From: Chrysomallon squamiferum
Taxonomy: Eukaryota > Animalia > Mollusca
NCBI GenBank assembly: GCA_012295275.1
Contig: CM022679.1
Location: 3,658,001-3,722,000 of the forward strand
Length of the DNA stretch: 64,000 nt
Direction: 5' to 3'
The notes below the pieces were generated by a model. That model saw only the letters and a program-made list of their open reading frames with translations, did not search any database and was not told where the DNA came from. Of this stretch, positions 40,001-53,350 are shown one piece after another. Numbering within the stretch: the stretch's first letter is position 1; each line of letters begins with the position of its first letter. The translations under genes and the position numbers were made by a program.

Positions 40001-41971
40001 CCGAACTGTTTAATCATACTACGTGGACGACAATAAAGAAACGTGATCATTTAAACTTACCTTGAACTGCGTGGAACCGTCTTGTATCTGACGTTAAGTC
40101 TATGAAAATATGAATGACCGTTAGTTTAAAGCCACCTCCACAGATTTTAATATTAATATGCTATTATTACTGACTTTATGAAAGACAGAGTATGAGCTGC
40201 TAGTATGGATTATCAGCATTCATCTTTTATAATCATGCTCTTTTAGACAAAAATGAGGTGGTGATACCTTTGAGATCTTTCTATATTGAAATCAGACTTG
40301 CTAACAGGGAAAGGTAATTTAAAAGAATTTCAACGTGAGGTTTTCAAAGTTCAAAACAGTCATTACAAAACACAAATACCGTCCTTTTTTATTCTCATTC
40401 GGGCGTTACTAAAGTTTTTATTTATTATAATTATATTCTTTAAAATATTTAACGTTGCCCATTGATCACAACATTCGATTTGGCAATTTCAAGAAAATTG
40501 GAACCGCGCCTGAAGTTGTTACACTGTAAATACCACATCAATGAAGATAATTATTGCAATGCAATATTTATGACACTGTGGCTTAATGATAATGGTGCAT
40601 TCTTGTTTAAATAAATTAAAGTTCAAATGTATAAGTTATTCACGTTTTGATAAATAGCCTGTGTTCACGTGATGGATGTTTTCTCAAACGTTTGTTATTA
40701 ACTATGTAACATTACTTCACAGAACATTTAAATTCATTTAAAAACGTACACCTTTTCAACAGTTGATGGATGTATGAAACAAAGGCTAATAACTCGCATA
40801 AATATTTTCTGAAATTATTGATTCACAAAAATAGTATGTAAATCGTATGTCAGTTATGATTTATTTTGATTTCTTATTTTTTTTTTGAATTTTGAATTTT
40901 ATTTATTTTATTTTATTTTATTTATTTTATTTATTTAATTTTTTTCATTTTATTTCATTTATTTATTTATTTCATTTATTTATTTATTTATTGATATTCT
41001 ATTACATTTAATCGTCGTAAAACAGAATAGCTTTCACAGCATCTCTTTTAAAGAGAGACACAGCTAATGTGAAAGCATTCACATAGTACCTAGGATTAAT
41101 CATCCTCGGTTCACACTCCAGTCTATTTTCAAAATTAGTTAAAAATATGCAAGTGTATAGCTGTCCAGTTAGCTCTGGTAGTTTAATAAAATTATAGTTT
41201 GTTCAGTGTATAAAGTTAAATAATAACACCACCAAGATAGGTACATTCAGGCACAATACAATTTGTTTTAAACAGACAAAGCTTTCCCCACCTCTTGACT
41301 GATACGTCTTTGCTCAGAAATATTTCCTACATTCTTTTCGTCAGATTTTTCTTGGCAGTTTATTTGTTTACGCGAATCGTAACTCGAGGGAATTGTGACG
41401 GTAAAAGTACATTGATCACTGTCACAATGTGTTTATCCTCAATCCAGTCGCATCCGTTAAGTAGTCAGTATCAAATTGGTACACAGTGTCATCACGTCTC
41501 GATACGATCTCTTGTTCAGAGCCGAATAATGACATGCAAAAATCACTTCTTTCAGTCTAAACAATCCTCCAACAACTAAGTGATAACGCAGGTTAATGAA
41601 TTATGTATTACAGATGTACTTTGAACCTCCAGTGAATAACTTACATCAAAACTGATAACAGCGCTTGTCAACAGAGTGATTGATGTCAGGACAGAATTCT
41701 GAAATGGACTGTGCAGTTAGTGAATAATAATGCATGTAGGCTAGTTTAATAAGTTACTGCTTAAATATTTCAAACGTAATATAGGCTTTTCGTTAGTTTG
41801 CGGTCATAATAACCTGTGCAACATTCATTTTTGCGTAAAGATTTTAGCATACACTATTAAGAATACACATATAGTTTTACACTGACTCACGTGTTGAACA
41901 ATGTATTAAAAAGAAACTGGTATCCGGCTGCGCAATTTAATTTTTTTATCTTTTGTCTAACTTGTCCAGTA

Positions 41972-41973
<2 letters not shown>

Positions 41974-42060
<87 letters not shown>
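41974..42060. repeat. (CA)n microsatellite
   Basis: Direct reading. Confidence 0.95.
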
Positions 42061-42062
<2 letters not shown>

Positions 42063-42259
42063 TACACACAGACGTAAAAACACATATTTAAAAATATTTA
42101 TACTTATATTCATGTCCGCACATACCACTTTACAGTTTCTTCTAATCTTGCTGTTGTTTCTAAAAACTGTATTATTTATTACTCACACCAACACTAAAAC
42201 TTCGACTTCTAATATAGATTCTACTACTACAATGTTCATCAATAATAGTTATAATACTG

Positions 42260-42452
42260 CTATAGTAATAGTAACAGTAGCAGTAGTATTAGTAGCAGTA
42301 GTATTAGTAGTAGTAGCAGCAGCAGTAGTAGTAGTAGTAGTAATAGCAGTATCAGTAATAGCAGCAGTGGCAGTAGTAGCAGTAGCAGTAGTATTAGTAT
42401 TAGTAGTAGTAGTAGCAGCAGCAGCAGTAGTAGTAGTAGTAGTAGCAGCAGC

Positions 42453-42489
<37 letters not shown>

Positions 42490-42554
42490 TTAGTAGTATT
42501 AGTAGTAGTAGTAGCAGCAGCCGCAGCAGCAGTAGTAGTAGTAGCAGCAGCAGC

Positions 42555-42607
<53 letters not shown>

Positions 42608-42622
42608 AAGTAGCAACAAGCA
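42260..42622. repeat. Long compound (TAG/CAG/TAT)n trinucleotide repeat
   Basis: Direct reading; source of the spurious poly-V/A, poly-T and poly-L ORFs. Confidence 0.95.
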
Positions 42623-43019
42623 GCAAGGTTTTAGACATAATTTACACTTGGGCTGTTTGGTACAGTAAACACGTTCCTGTCACTAAATCTTGGGTCTGGT
42701 CTAATCGGCATGCCTACGGTCGGGACAGTCACTTCGTTTTGATCAATCAACACTGCCCACCTTAATCAATAAGCCACAGCTCAGACAGAATTACCTCCGA
42801 TTCATTCAAACTAGATGAGGAGATTGACTGCATTTCTTTAGATGCTATCTTTTATATGTCCTTTTTTTCTTTTCTTATTTATTTATTTTGTATCAGTACA
42901 TCAGCTATGTAGTGTATTTTTTAGTGTCGGCGTGTACCTATATAAAGGTGTATGTGTATAGGTGTGTGTGTCTGTGTGTCAGTTAATCAATTATGTCGTT
43001 TGTCAATTAGGGGACTAAT

Positions 43020-43355
43020 CATCCAGTCAGTCAATACATACTGAGACAGCCAGTCAGGTGGGCAATTACCCGGTTCTGTGTCAGTCAGTTTGTCAGTGAA
43101 TGAGTCAGCTATGCATCTAGTGAGTCAGTCGGTGAATCACCATTGATTCAGTATTTCCAACTAGCAATTCACCCATTCACTAGTTCACCAAGCCAGTCAC
43201 CAAACTGCCAAACTAGTCTGTTTTACTAGCCATCCAGTTTCACTCCCCAACCATCTGTTAAGCAAATTAATCAACCAACAAAACCGACAGTCAGCTAGTC
43301 AGTCAGTCAGCTAGTCAGTCAGTCAGCTAGTCAGTCAGTCAGCTAGTTAGTCAGT
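43020..43355. repeat. Degenerate (CAGT)n tetranucleotide region with (CAGT)3CAGCTAGT-type higher-order units at the 3' end
   Basis: Direct reading. Confidence 0.75.
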
Positions 43356-45360
43356 AAGTAAACAAGCAATAGGGCTGAAGATGTATCGGTAAATTACGAT
43401 TACAAAAAAATGCTACTGATTTATTAGTTACCTACTCATTAGCATTAAGGGCGTCTGTATTGTTTTGTAAGAATCTCTTATTTGAATTATGTATATGTAT
43501 ATATATATATATATACTGATCAAATATTCCTTTATACATCCCAGATGATCTTTCAGATGAAACTGGTTCAGAAAGCCTGGACGAAAGTGAATGCTTTCTG
43601 CCAGTAAGTTAAATGCTATCACTAACGTACAACGGTACCTCAAATTACGTAACTTCATAATCATTTTAAATTACCTGCACTTATTGATAAGCTATAGGCA
43701 GAATAATGCATATCCCAAACTTAAATATACTATTGCTGTGGTATTAGATGGAATATGATAATAAAACATTATACACAGCTAATAGGTTTGATGCTACGTT
43801 CTGTCAAGTACTGAACTAGATCATTTTACTTCTTAAATTACAGAGTCAAGCGATAATTAGTGAGACTGATCTTATAATGAGGATAAATGTTTTATAGTTT
43901 GAATATAAAAATTAAAAAAAACACAGCCTTACAGGGAAATATCGATTTTGTCATCATTTCTGAACCAAGGAAAAGATTAAAAAAAAAAAAAAAAAAAACA
44001 GTTCAAGAAATAATTTAATGTCAGTTATTTCAGTTCAGAGAAAAATATAGATTTTAACAGAGGGAAAAATCCTCATATTATTCGTATTTAATGACTGTTA
44101 TTGCCTGCAATTTGTAGAATATTTTATTTTCTTGGATACTGGTTAATGATATTTTAACTTGTTTTTATTCTTTTTTCCTTTTCTTTCAGGACTATAGAAG
44201 CGATCGTTATTTATTTATATTTATTTTTACTTTTGTTTGTTTTGGGGTTTTGGGTTTTTTTTTTATATACAAATATGAAACGTTTCAGTTTGATTTAAGA
44301 TATAAAATAATATCTCGAAGAGGAATAAATGAAACAATAAAAATAAGACTTCAACAACAACAACAAAAAAACCACACGCAGTAACTACATGAACTGTAAT
44401 AATGGTAAAATGATTATAAAAAATCTCATAAAAATACATATTAATAAAAGTAATTTGTAGCGCTTGTATTTCACAATCACAAACATTTCTATCAGCAAAC
44501 AGTGATTCATGTCAAAAGAAATTAAAATGCTTGCAAAGGTGGATTTTGAAAAATCTGTGTAAGCTCTTTATCAAATGAGATATATATCCATATTGTTTGT
44601 TTCGTTATGGAGAATCGACATTTTTTGAAAAACTAATCCTAATCTGAAAACAGAGTTAACAAATAACATACCACTGCTGAACCGCACACTAAATAAATGT
44701 ACAGTTTGGCTCGTATAAATATTTGTCGTGGATCTGTTTCGTGTCTTGCCCTCCCCTCGTCACTTCATTGATGGTTTCTGCTCCTGACCTCCATCCCGCT
44801 AATTTAATATTTTGTATATAAGACTGAAACCACACAGATGTGTAGACCGAACTATTTTCGATCAGTATATTTCTAAAAATTTACTCTAAAAATGTTTACC
44901 ATCTCTGTAAATAATTTGTGATATTACTAAATGTATTGTAAATACAATCTATGTTCAGCTTTTGGAACTGACGTCGGATTTGGTCAATAGCGATAGTAAA
45001 GTAATTATGTAGGCTTTTTCATTACAAAAGTAAACTCACGTATTTGAAAAATTATTATCCTAAAGAGGTTGCTGCGGTGCGACATTTTAATTAGTGGAGT
45101 AATACAAAATACAATCTGTCATGGCGACGAGCTGACCAAGTAAAAGTCAACGCCCCACGGTTGATCCGTATTGAAGAAAAAATTATCTTAAATTAAATAA
45201 GGTTCAAGTTATTACTTGTTACGAACTTTATAATTACTATCTATGCAATTTCAAAATGAAAAAAAAAAAAAATGATTTCGAATAAATTTCTTTGTTTTAA
45301 AGATATTTTTAGAAACATTCTATAATATTTAGCAGAAAATATTTATTTAGCAAAACATGA

Positions 45361-45385
45361 ATATATATATATATATATATATACA

Positions 45386-45456
<71 letters not shown>
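45361..45456. repeat. (AT)n(CT)n(AT)n compound microsatellite
   Basis: Direct reading. Confidence 0.95.
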
Positions 45457-45461
<5 letters not shown>

Positions 45462-45912
45462 TATTTAAATTAATCTATGTAGCCGATAGAACTTACTAAA
45501 TAATAAATTCAACAGAAATAAGACCTTTTTATAAAAGTGATTTAAGAACTGTTTCACTTTCATTTAGAGATTCACGGGAAATAATGAAAAAACGTGACTT
45601 TCTTGATATCTGTCCATGTTAAAATTACACAGAATCAAATAATATTTAAAATCTAACCTAAAACGAACAAGAGCATTAGTTAAGTAGCACGTCGATGTTT
45701 CTGATATTCGTAATGGCCTTTTTGTTAGTTTCTGCCGCGTCAGATTAATTCCACTATTCCTTCCTGATCCGTGAAATATTTCTGTCATGATGAACTGACT
45801 GCTAAGGTTTCATATTTTAATCAGAAACGAGATTAATCAAATTTGTCGCGAGTTGTCAACGTCTGTGATCAACTGGATTTGCCAGGCATGAGTTGAATCA
45901 GAACTCGTAAAC

Positions 45913-45915
<3 letters not shown>

Positions 45916-45992
<77 letters not shown>
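45916..45992. repeat. (CT)n microsatellite
   Basis: Direct reading. Confidence 0.95.
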
Positions 45993-45996
<4 letters not shown>

Positions 45997-47209
45997 CACA
46001 TACAGTAACCTTCTATTTTAATTTTCTTTCTCTCACTATATATCTGGTTTATCAGTGATTTCTTTCCTATTTATGTGGAGGTTAAAAAAAAAACATCTAT
46101 TGTGTTAAATGACGAATTTTTTTAATCTGGCTCATGACATCAGCTTAATGTTTGCCATTTAAATTTATTTATGCCTGATTTTATCTAGGTGAAACATAAT
46201 TACTGTAATGAAGACAGTTTAACTGAATACATTATATAATAAAAATAATTACAGTTATGTGAATACATGTCTAGGACAACTTAATGATTCGACTTTCATC
46301 TGCAAAGCTTGTTTTAATATCATTATGTCATAATAACAATCTTAGCTTAAGCTCACCATTTGTCGGACAAATAAGACATTTTAATCGTAGAAGACAACTC
46401 AGATGAAGACATCTTTGAATATGAAATCCAATTAGGATAACTATTTTTATTTTAGACAGGAGGGAATATTGCATTAACCTCTCATACACACAGAAAGACA
46501 GGCAGACAGAGAGGCTCATAGCGAAAAGAGAGAGAAAGAGATATTGTTTTAGCGACAAGCTCTTAGTTATTTTGTCACGACGTAACTGAACTTTTTTATT
46601 TTTTTTTTTTTGGCCTGTGAAATCATAATTTTAAATAACAAACCAAGGTTCTTTCGAGATCCCTGTCATGAGCATAACCTCATTAAATTGATAAAGAGAC
46701 ATAGTAACACCGGAGCACTGATCAAAGCATCCAAATCATGTCTGGTTGAAACAAGCGTAGCTTTTTACCTAGTTGTCTCATTAACTCCACGTATTAACTA
46801 ATTCACTCTAACAACAGTACTGTCTTAGACTGTTTAACTCTCCAGTGGATTCAAGCGCATTTGAAATGATTAATGATTAATTTTTAATAGCTTTAATAAT
46901 TTTGTTTTTCAGGCTTTCATTTTACTTTTGAAAAAAAAAGTCATTTAGTATCGACAGTTAGCATCTATTAAAGGTTATTTTAATTATTTAAATTTAAATT
47001 TTTTTTACTATCTTGAAAATACTTAAATCACGAGCATTAATACATAAACTCGAACTAGAATAAACAAAACGTTAGTCACGATTTGGGTTTGTGAACAAAA
47101 TTTTTTTTTTTTATTCAGTTATTACTTGGTTGAAGTTTAAAAATAAGAATAGATGAAAAGAAAAGAAAAATCAATAGACAACTCTTTAGTCCTCTAAACC
47201 CAGAACTTG

Positions 47210-47244
<35 letters not shown>

Positions 47245-48407
47245 GCATGACATTTACAAATGCGATAAACGAATGTATTATTTCAAGATTTATTTTCTAA
47301 TTATCCCCTTACTTTAATCTAAACATTAAACTTTAATCAAATTGCGGTGGATTCGCGAAGATGATGTTTTTTGTCGAAGAAGCCAGAGGAGATGATTATG
47401 GATAGGTTTTTAGCTGACTAAACGTACTTTCCGACTCAACTGGGAAATCTTGTGTGACAAAATCTATATGAACTAATTTGGGTGAAAGACTGAGGACAGA
47501 AAAGATATTACCTGAAACCTTCGAGGCAGTGAAATTTTACGATTTTTCCTGGTAAAATTGAACTAAGTTGCAAGTACAAAGGAAGTGCGGCGCTAAAGCA
47601 TTCGACGTTTATGTGTTCTGACGCGAGGACTGCAGTCTGTTCACGACTACAGTAAACATATTGCTTTGGATTCATTTACGATATTTACGTACTTCCATTA
47701 AAGCTGGTCAGAACAGAGATTTACGATTCAGAATTGGAAGCCGAGTTCCGATTAGAATATAAATGTCTAATACTTTATACTTTTTTTTTTTTTTCTATTG
47801 CCTTCTTTTTCGTTGTTAACTATTGTGAAAGCCTGGAGAAAATTGTATTATTTATTTATTTATTTATTTATTAATTTATTTATTATTTTAATGGTATATT
47901 TTCATTTTCTTGTTGTTTCAATACATCTGTTAAACTGTACATACTTACAGGGATATACAAATAATAGATGCATAAGCACGTTCCCGCAATTACACGAACA
48001 TCCCATCATATACTTATACATTCATGAAACATTCCGTGTCCACCCGCCTATAGATTTAAACTTCTTATTCCTTCATTTGCAGTAACAGTTAAATTAACAG
48101 CAATAAGTGTCAAATTCACGACATGATGCTTCCAGTACAACGACTGTGCTAGACGTAAATGGTGACTGCTTTATGTGGATGCAGTGCGCTGATATGAATA
48201 TTCAGCAATTATTCAATAATCTCGTCAACAAATGGTCGATATGACTGAGACATGACAACAATAACCGTCTTACGAAGAAAGAAAGGGATGACAGATGTAG
48301 ATAGAGATTGTTTGTTAATGACAGTTTCAGTCAGCAGTGTCAGATACAGAATGACTTGTTAGATGATTTACACTTTGCAGTACTGGCATGCATTCATACA
48401 AATAGGT

Positions 48408-48585
<178 letters not shown>

Positions 48586-48924
48586 TATACTAATTTACGT
48601 TATTTGACGTCTCCTGTTCTTCTTTTTAAAAATAAAAACATAAAAAATACAGTATAGCAAAGGACAACAGCACCCAAAGGCACTGTAATTGCAACTGATT
48701 TTCAATAATGATATGTAGCAGAATTTAATGGATTTCTTACATCTGATAATTCTATAGTAAAAACAAGGAAGGGCTGTAAAAATGAACATAAAACGTACAC
48801 GTTATAGAGTATTACGTCCATGTGGATCAACAATTGTTATGGAGCAGGTTTTCTTCAAAATTTTACGAGCTGCATGATGTTTTGTCAAAGAACAAAATTA
48901 TCATAAAGACAGTTCTGAAGTTAA

Positions 48925-48971
<47 letters not shown>

Positions 48972-51404
48972 ATGCCAGAAAATAACTGATGATAAAAACT
49001 AAAATTGAAAAATAAAAATAATAAAACAAAACGAAATAAAATTCACCGTTCAAATAAAATGCAAAATAGTCGACTAAATAACATACTGTAATTTGAATAA
49101 TTTTCTTATTGTAATCATGTTCTTGTAGTATATTTAACAAAACAACTTCATAAACCATTAAAGTAATTTGTTTTATTTTCTATTCGTCTAGCATTGTTGC
49201 CCTGGAGTATTTAACTATGCATACAATGTAACGTGGTATTCCCGAACTGTTTCAGTCTGCATATTCAGATTCGTCTGAGAGAATGGTCGCATCTAAAAAT
49301 ATGACAACGTTTCAGTATTTCTGCTGTTTCGTATAATTTCACTAGTACTTAAATTAAATTGGCCAATAATTTAACTTTTTATTTCTTTATAAATCTAAAA
49401 TCTATTCATGACTAACGTCATGTTTGCAAAGATATTTGTATCGATGTGTACATGTTTTTATGCCTTGATGTCTATTTTTGTTGTTTCCTGGGTCTATGTA
49501 CATTTGTCTGTATATGTAAATACTTTTTATCGATTTCTTTCTTTTTACCAGAATAAGATGTGAAAGTATTATTTATTTTTGTGTGCGTGTGTGGTTGTGT
49601 GTGTGCGCGCGTGAGTGTATCTCCAAGGGAGACAATACTTAGGAGCAATTGAGGGTTCATTATGATTGCTTCCATTGGTCATATCCTGTCCACAGCAAAC
49701 TTTGTTTTATACATAATCTGTCTTTTTAGTTACTCCAATCTCTTTTTTTTTTTTTTTTTTTCTGGTGAAAACTTCATAACTATAAATATACTTTTATTCC
49801 AAAAAAAGCTCTTGCAGTGGAAAAAACGGTTTCTTTTCTCATAACCAACACTTCATCCAAAGAAAACAATCAATCATTAATTTTCAGTCTGAACTTTCTG
49901 CTTCTCGTTTTCTTGTCAGATCCATTATTTTATATATAAGACGAGCGAAAAAAAAATAATCTCACAAACACGATTCGATCATTATAATATCGTTCTCCCA
50001 GTTTTAAACAATGACACGGTTCAGATCGATTTTCTTCAATTTTCGGTGTAAGACTCCTAATTATATTCCTGTGGACGTTGAAGTAAGTAATTAAATATTA
50101 ATACAAAACTAAGTGTCCTTGCCATCAAGACGGATCGCCAGTAATTAACAATTACAACTACAACAACAGGAGAAAAAAAACAACGTTGTTTTAGATACAG
50201 GAAACGATAGGTTCTGTGTTGAACAGTAAGCATTATAAACCAGTTATTTAACATTCAGAATGACACAATTATGATGGATGAATGAATGACAGCATTTATT
50301 ATTTAACAATTAAAATTTAGTTCCTGTGTGCCTGGCTTGTAGATCAGTTGTCATATAACACTGAAAAAGAGTTGTAATCAATATTTTATAGGATCTTATA
50401 TAGTTGGATGGATAATAAGCTATTATTTCATTTAAAAAAAAAATAATAATTAAAATCGATTTTTTTATGTTATTAAGTGTCTATAGGTTGGTCTTAATTG
50501 CTGATGTTTAACTTTCTGACTGACTGTTTACTCAATGTTCAATGAAAGAGAAATAAAAAATAAAATAATAATAATAATAATAATTTAAATTATCATTATG
50601 CCAGATCTTACATTAAAGATAACAGTTTGTAAAAGCACAAGAAAAAAAAAAACAACAACGAAAAAACATTGCCTTGAAAGCTGATTCAGGAACGACCAGA
50701 AATTTAGTTCTTCCATTATTTTGACTTGTATTAAATAACTGTCGAAGAACGACAATCGCAGTGGAACATGTGTATCCAGTTTCTTAATGGTTACCTCCCT
50801 TTATAAAGATGTTCGATTATAATTTCGTCTCTTACAATGATTTTTTCTATGTATTTCTCTATGGATACATGATTTTTTATTTTCATTGAAAAGACTCTAT
50901 ATCTTCTTTAGGTTTTGTATCCTAATCAAGCTGGAGAATATCTGAAACTAATTTGTATGTAACAAAGTTATGTTTTTAATTGTTGTAACATAACTGGTAC
51001 AAAATGTTGATATAGAATTTCGTAGTAGATTATCAGAAAAGTTAATTAAATGTACATGCGATTCAGTTTTATTTATTTGTTTGTCATTTGTTTGATATTA
51101 ATATTATTATTATTGTGTGTGTATAGCTCTCTTTTAAATATGTGTAATTAGTTTTGTTCTTGTTTTTGTTATTCTCGAGTTATTTTTTATAAACAGTGCT
51201 TCAAATTAATGGTTGTCATGTACGAAATAATCTGTATCAGCAATTGTTATTTTAATGTACATAAACATAATCTGCATCTTAATACTGAGTAGAATTCCAC
51301 GTGTAAAATGTGTCATTGAAAGATTATTTTAACGCCATTAAGACCCACGATTTGACAAGTAAAAGTTATAAATAATTAGATTAAATATTAAAAAACTAAT
51401 TAAA

Positions 51405-51448
<44 letters not shown>

Positions 51449-51643
51449 TGATGATGAATATTCTTATGCCGAAAATTAAACAGTTATGAAGTAATAAAAG
51501 CAAAATTACTCAAACAACTGAGTACTTATGTTCCATTATAGCTTCAAAAACAAGATCGAAAAGAAGTAAAATAATATACACCCAAATACACACACATACA
51601 TACATATTAAAGTGAAACCGAGGCACTATTTACAATAATAGTA

Positions 51644-51723
<80 letters not shown>

Positions 51724-51907
51724 TATTCTCATGCCGTAAACCGAAACAATTATGAAGTAATAAAAGCAAGATTACTCAAACGACTGAGTACATATGTTCC
51801 ATTATAGCTTTAAAAACAAGATCGAAAAGAAGTAAAATAATATACACCCAAATACACAAATACACACATATACATACATATTAAAGTAAAACCGAGGCAC
51901 TATTTAC

Positions 51908-51948
<41 letters not shown>

Positions 51949-52242
51949 TGATGATGATGATGATTATGATGAATATTCTCATGCCGTAAAATTAAACAAT
52001 TATGAAGTAATAAAAGCAACATTACTCAAAAGACTGAGTACATTTGTTCCATTATGTCTTTGAAAACAAGATTGAAAGGAAGTAAAATAATAATACAAAT
52101 ACACACACACACACACATACACAAACACATACACACATACACACATACATACATACATACATACATACACATACATACATATTATACAACTGAGGCACTA
52201 TTTACATAGCATTAATAATAATATAATACATACATACATACA

Positions 52243-52291
<49 letters not shown>

Positions 52292-52535
52292 GTAATAATA
52301 ATATTAATGATGATGATGAATATTCTCATGCCGTAAAATTAACAGTTATGAAGTAATAAAAGTAAAATTACTCAAAAGACTGAGTACATATATCCATTAT
52401 CTCTTTGAAAACAAGATTGAAAGGAAGTAAAATAATATATTTACAGACAACAGACTCACACAACAACAACAACACATACATAATAATAATAATAATAATA
52501 CTAAAGTGAAACCGAGGTACTATTTGATAATAATA

Positions 52536-52573
<38 letters not shown>

Positions 52574-52708
52574 TATTCTCATGCCGTAAAATGAAACAGT
52601 TATGAAGTAATAAAAGCAAAATTACTCAAAAGACTGAGTACATTTGTTCTATTACGTCTTTGAAAACAAGATTGAAACTTTAATAATAATAATAATAATA
52701 ATAATAAC
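51405..52708. repeat. Tandem array of five composite units (periods ~250-350 bp)
   Basis: Core GAATATTCTYATGCCG...TTATGAAGTAATAAAAG...TACTCA-N6-TGAGTA...AAACAAGAT starts at 51456, 51721, 51971, 52318 and 52571; units 1-4 continue with a CA-rich tract, an AACYGAGGYACTATTT motif and (AAT)n(GAT)n; unit 5 is truncated. Confidence 0.95.
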
Positions 52709-52709
52709 T

Positions 52710-53350
52710 GAAACCTATAAGCAATCACCCTATTCACCAATTTTGATTTTTGTATATTACTGATCAAAGTGTTTGGAACTCCAAAATTATTAGTTGTCGA
52801 AATGAAAAAGAAGTAGACAAAGTCTATGAGTATAAAACAGCAGTTACTGTCCGGTGTGCTGACCTCTGGTCATAGTATTTACATGAGTTCGTTTTACATG
52901 ATGCCCCTCTGAGAACTTTTAGATTATTTCATGTGTAAGTGTGGATGACAGCAGATAATTTTATTATCTTTATGAAGCATTTCATAAAATCTGCAAAATG
53001 TTTTTTCTTGTTATGACAGCCACATTTTGATTGTTACAACAGATCTTTCACACAACACAAAAACAACAAAAAAAACACAAAAAAAAATAAAAAAAATAAA
53101 AAAATGCTAACATTTCTACCCCATTCTAGTTACAATTTTACAACCAATGAACAGATGTTTCTCTTCTTACAGTGTACATCTATCATACAGAGGGGTCAGT
53201 CCATTCATAGCTGACCAGCCTGGTAAGCAAATTAACAAGTTTGAAACTTCCCACACTCTCGGCAGAGAATATCCTCTTTTTTTACCCAAAGGACGTAACA
53301 TCCGGTTTTAAGGTTACCGGCTTATGGCCCGTTTATAGAAATGTTTTTCG
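52710..53350 (+). mobile_element. Degenerate pogo/Tigger-like (Tc1/mariner superfamily, DDE_1 domain) transposase fossil
   Basis: Manual translation across frameshifts gives, in the expected order: YITDQS (~52753-52770), WMTADNFIIFMKHFIKSAKC (52942-53001), DSH (53015-53023), MLTFLPHSS then LQPMNR (53104-53155), PGKQINKFE..LGREYPL, and PKDVTSGFKVTGLWPVYRNVF (53286-53348). These match the pogo DDE_1 motifs DET, GWMT..F..HF, LDxH, FPPHTSHxLQPLD and SGFxxTGIWPxNRNIF. Stops, frameshifts and an A-rich expansion are present. Confidence 0.8.

Noticed and set aside
41953-42765. 270-aa ORF and the overlapping poly-T/poly-L ORFs
   Set aside because: Translations of (CA)n and (TAG/CAG)n microsatellites.
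43550-43595. Hammerhead-ribozyme-like GTTCAG/CTGGAC-GAAA stem
   Set aside because: Upstream core reads CAGATGA with extra bases before stem II instead of an adjacent CUGANGA; no stems I/III found.
51405-52708. CRISPR-like appearance of the repeat-spacer array
   Set aside because: Repeats of ~120 bp are far too long, spacers are microsatellites rather than unique sequence, there are no cas genes and the context is eukaryotic.
53173-53222. Apparent 50-nt exon (ttacag|...cctg|gtaagc)
   Set aside because: Lies inside the pogo transposase fossil, and its open frame is the transposase frame, which continues past both sites; exonisation cannot be excluded but is unsupported.
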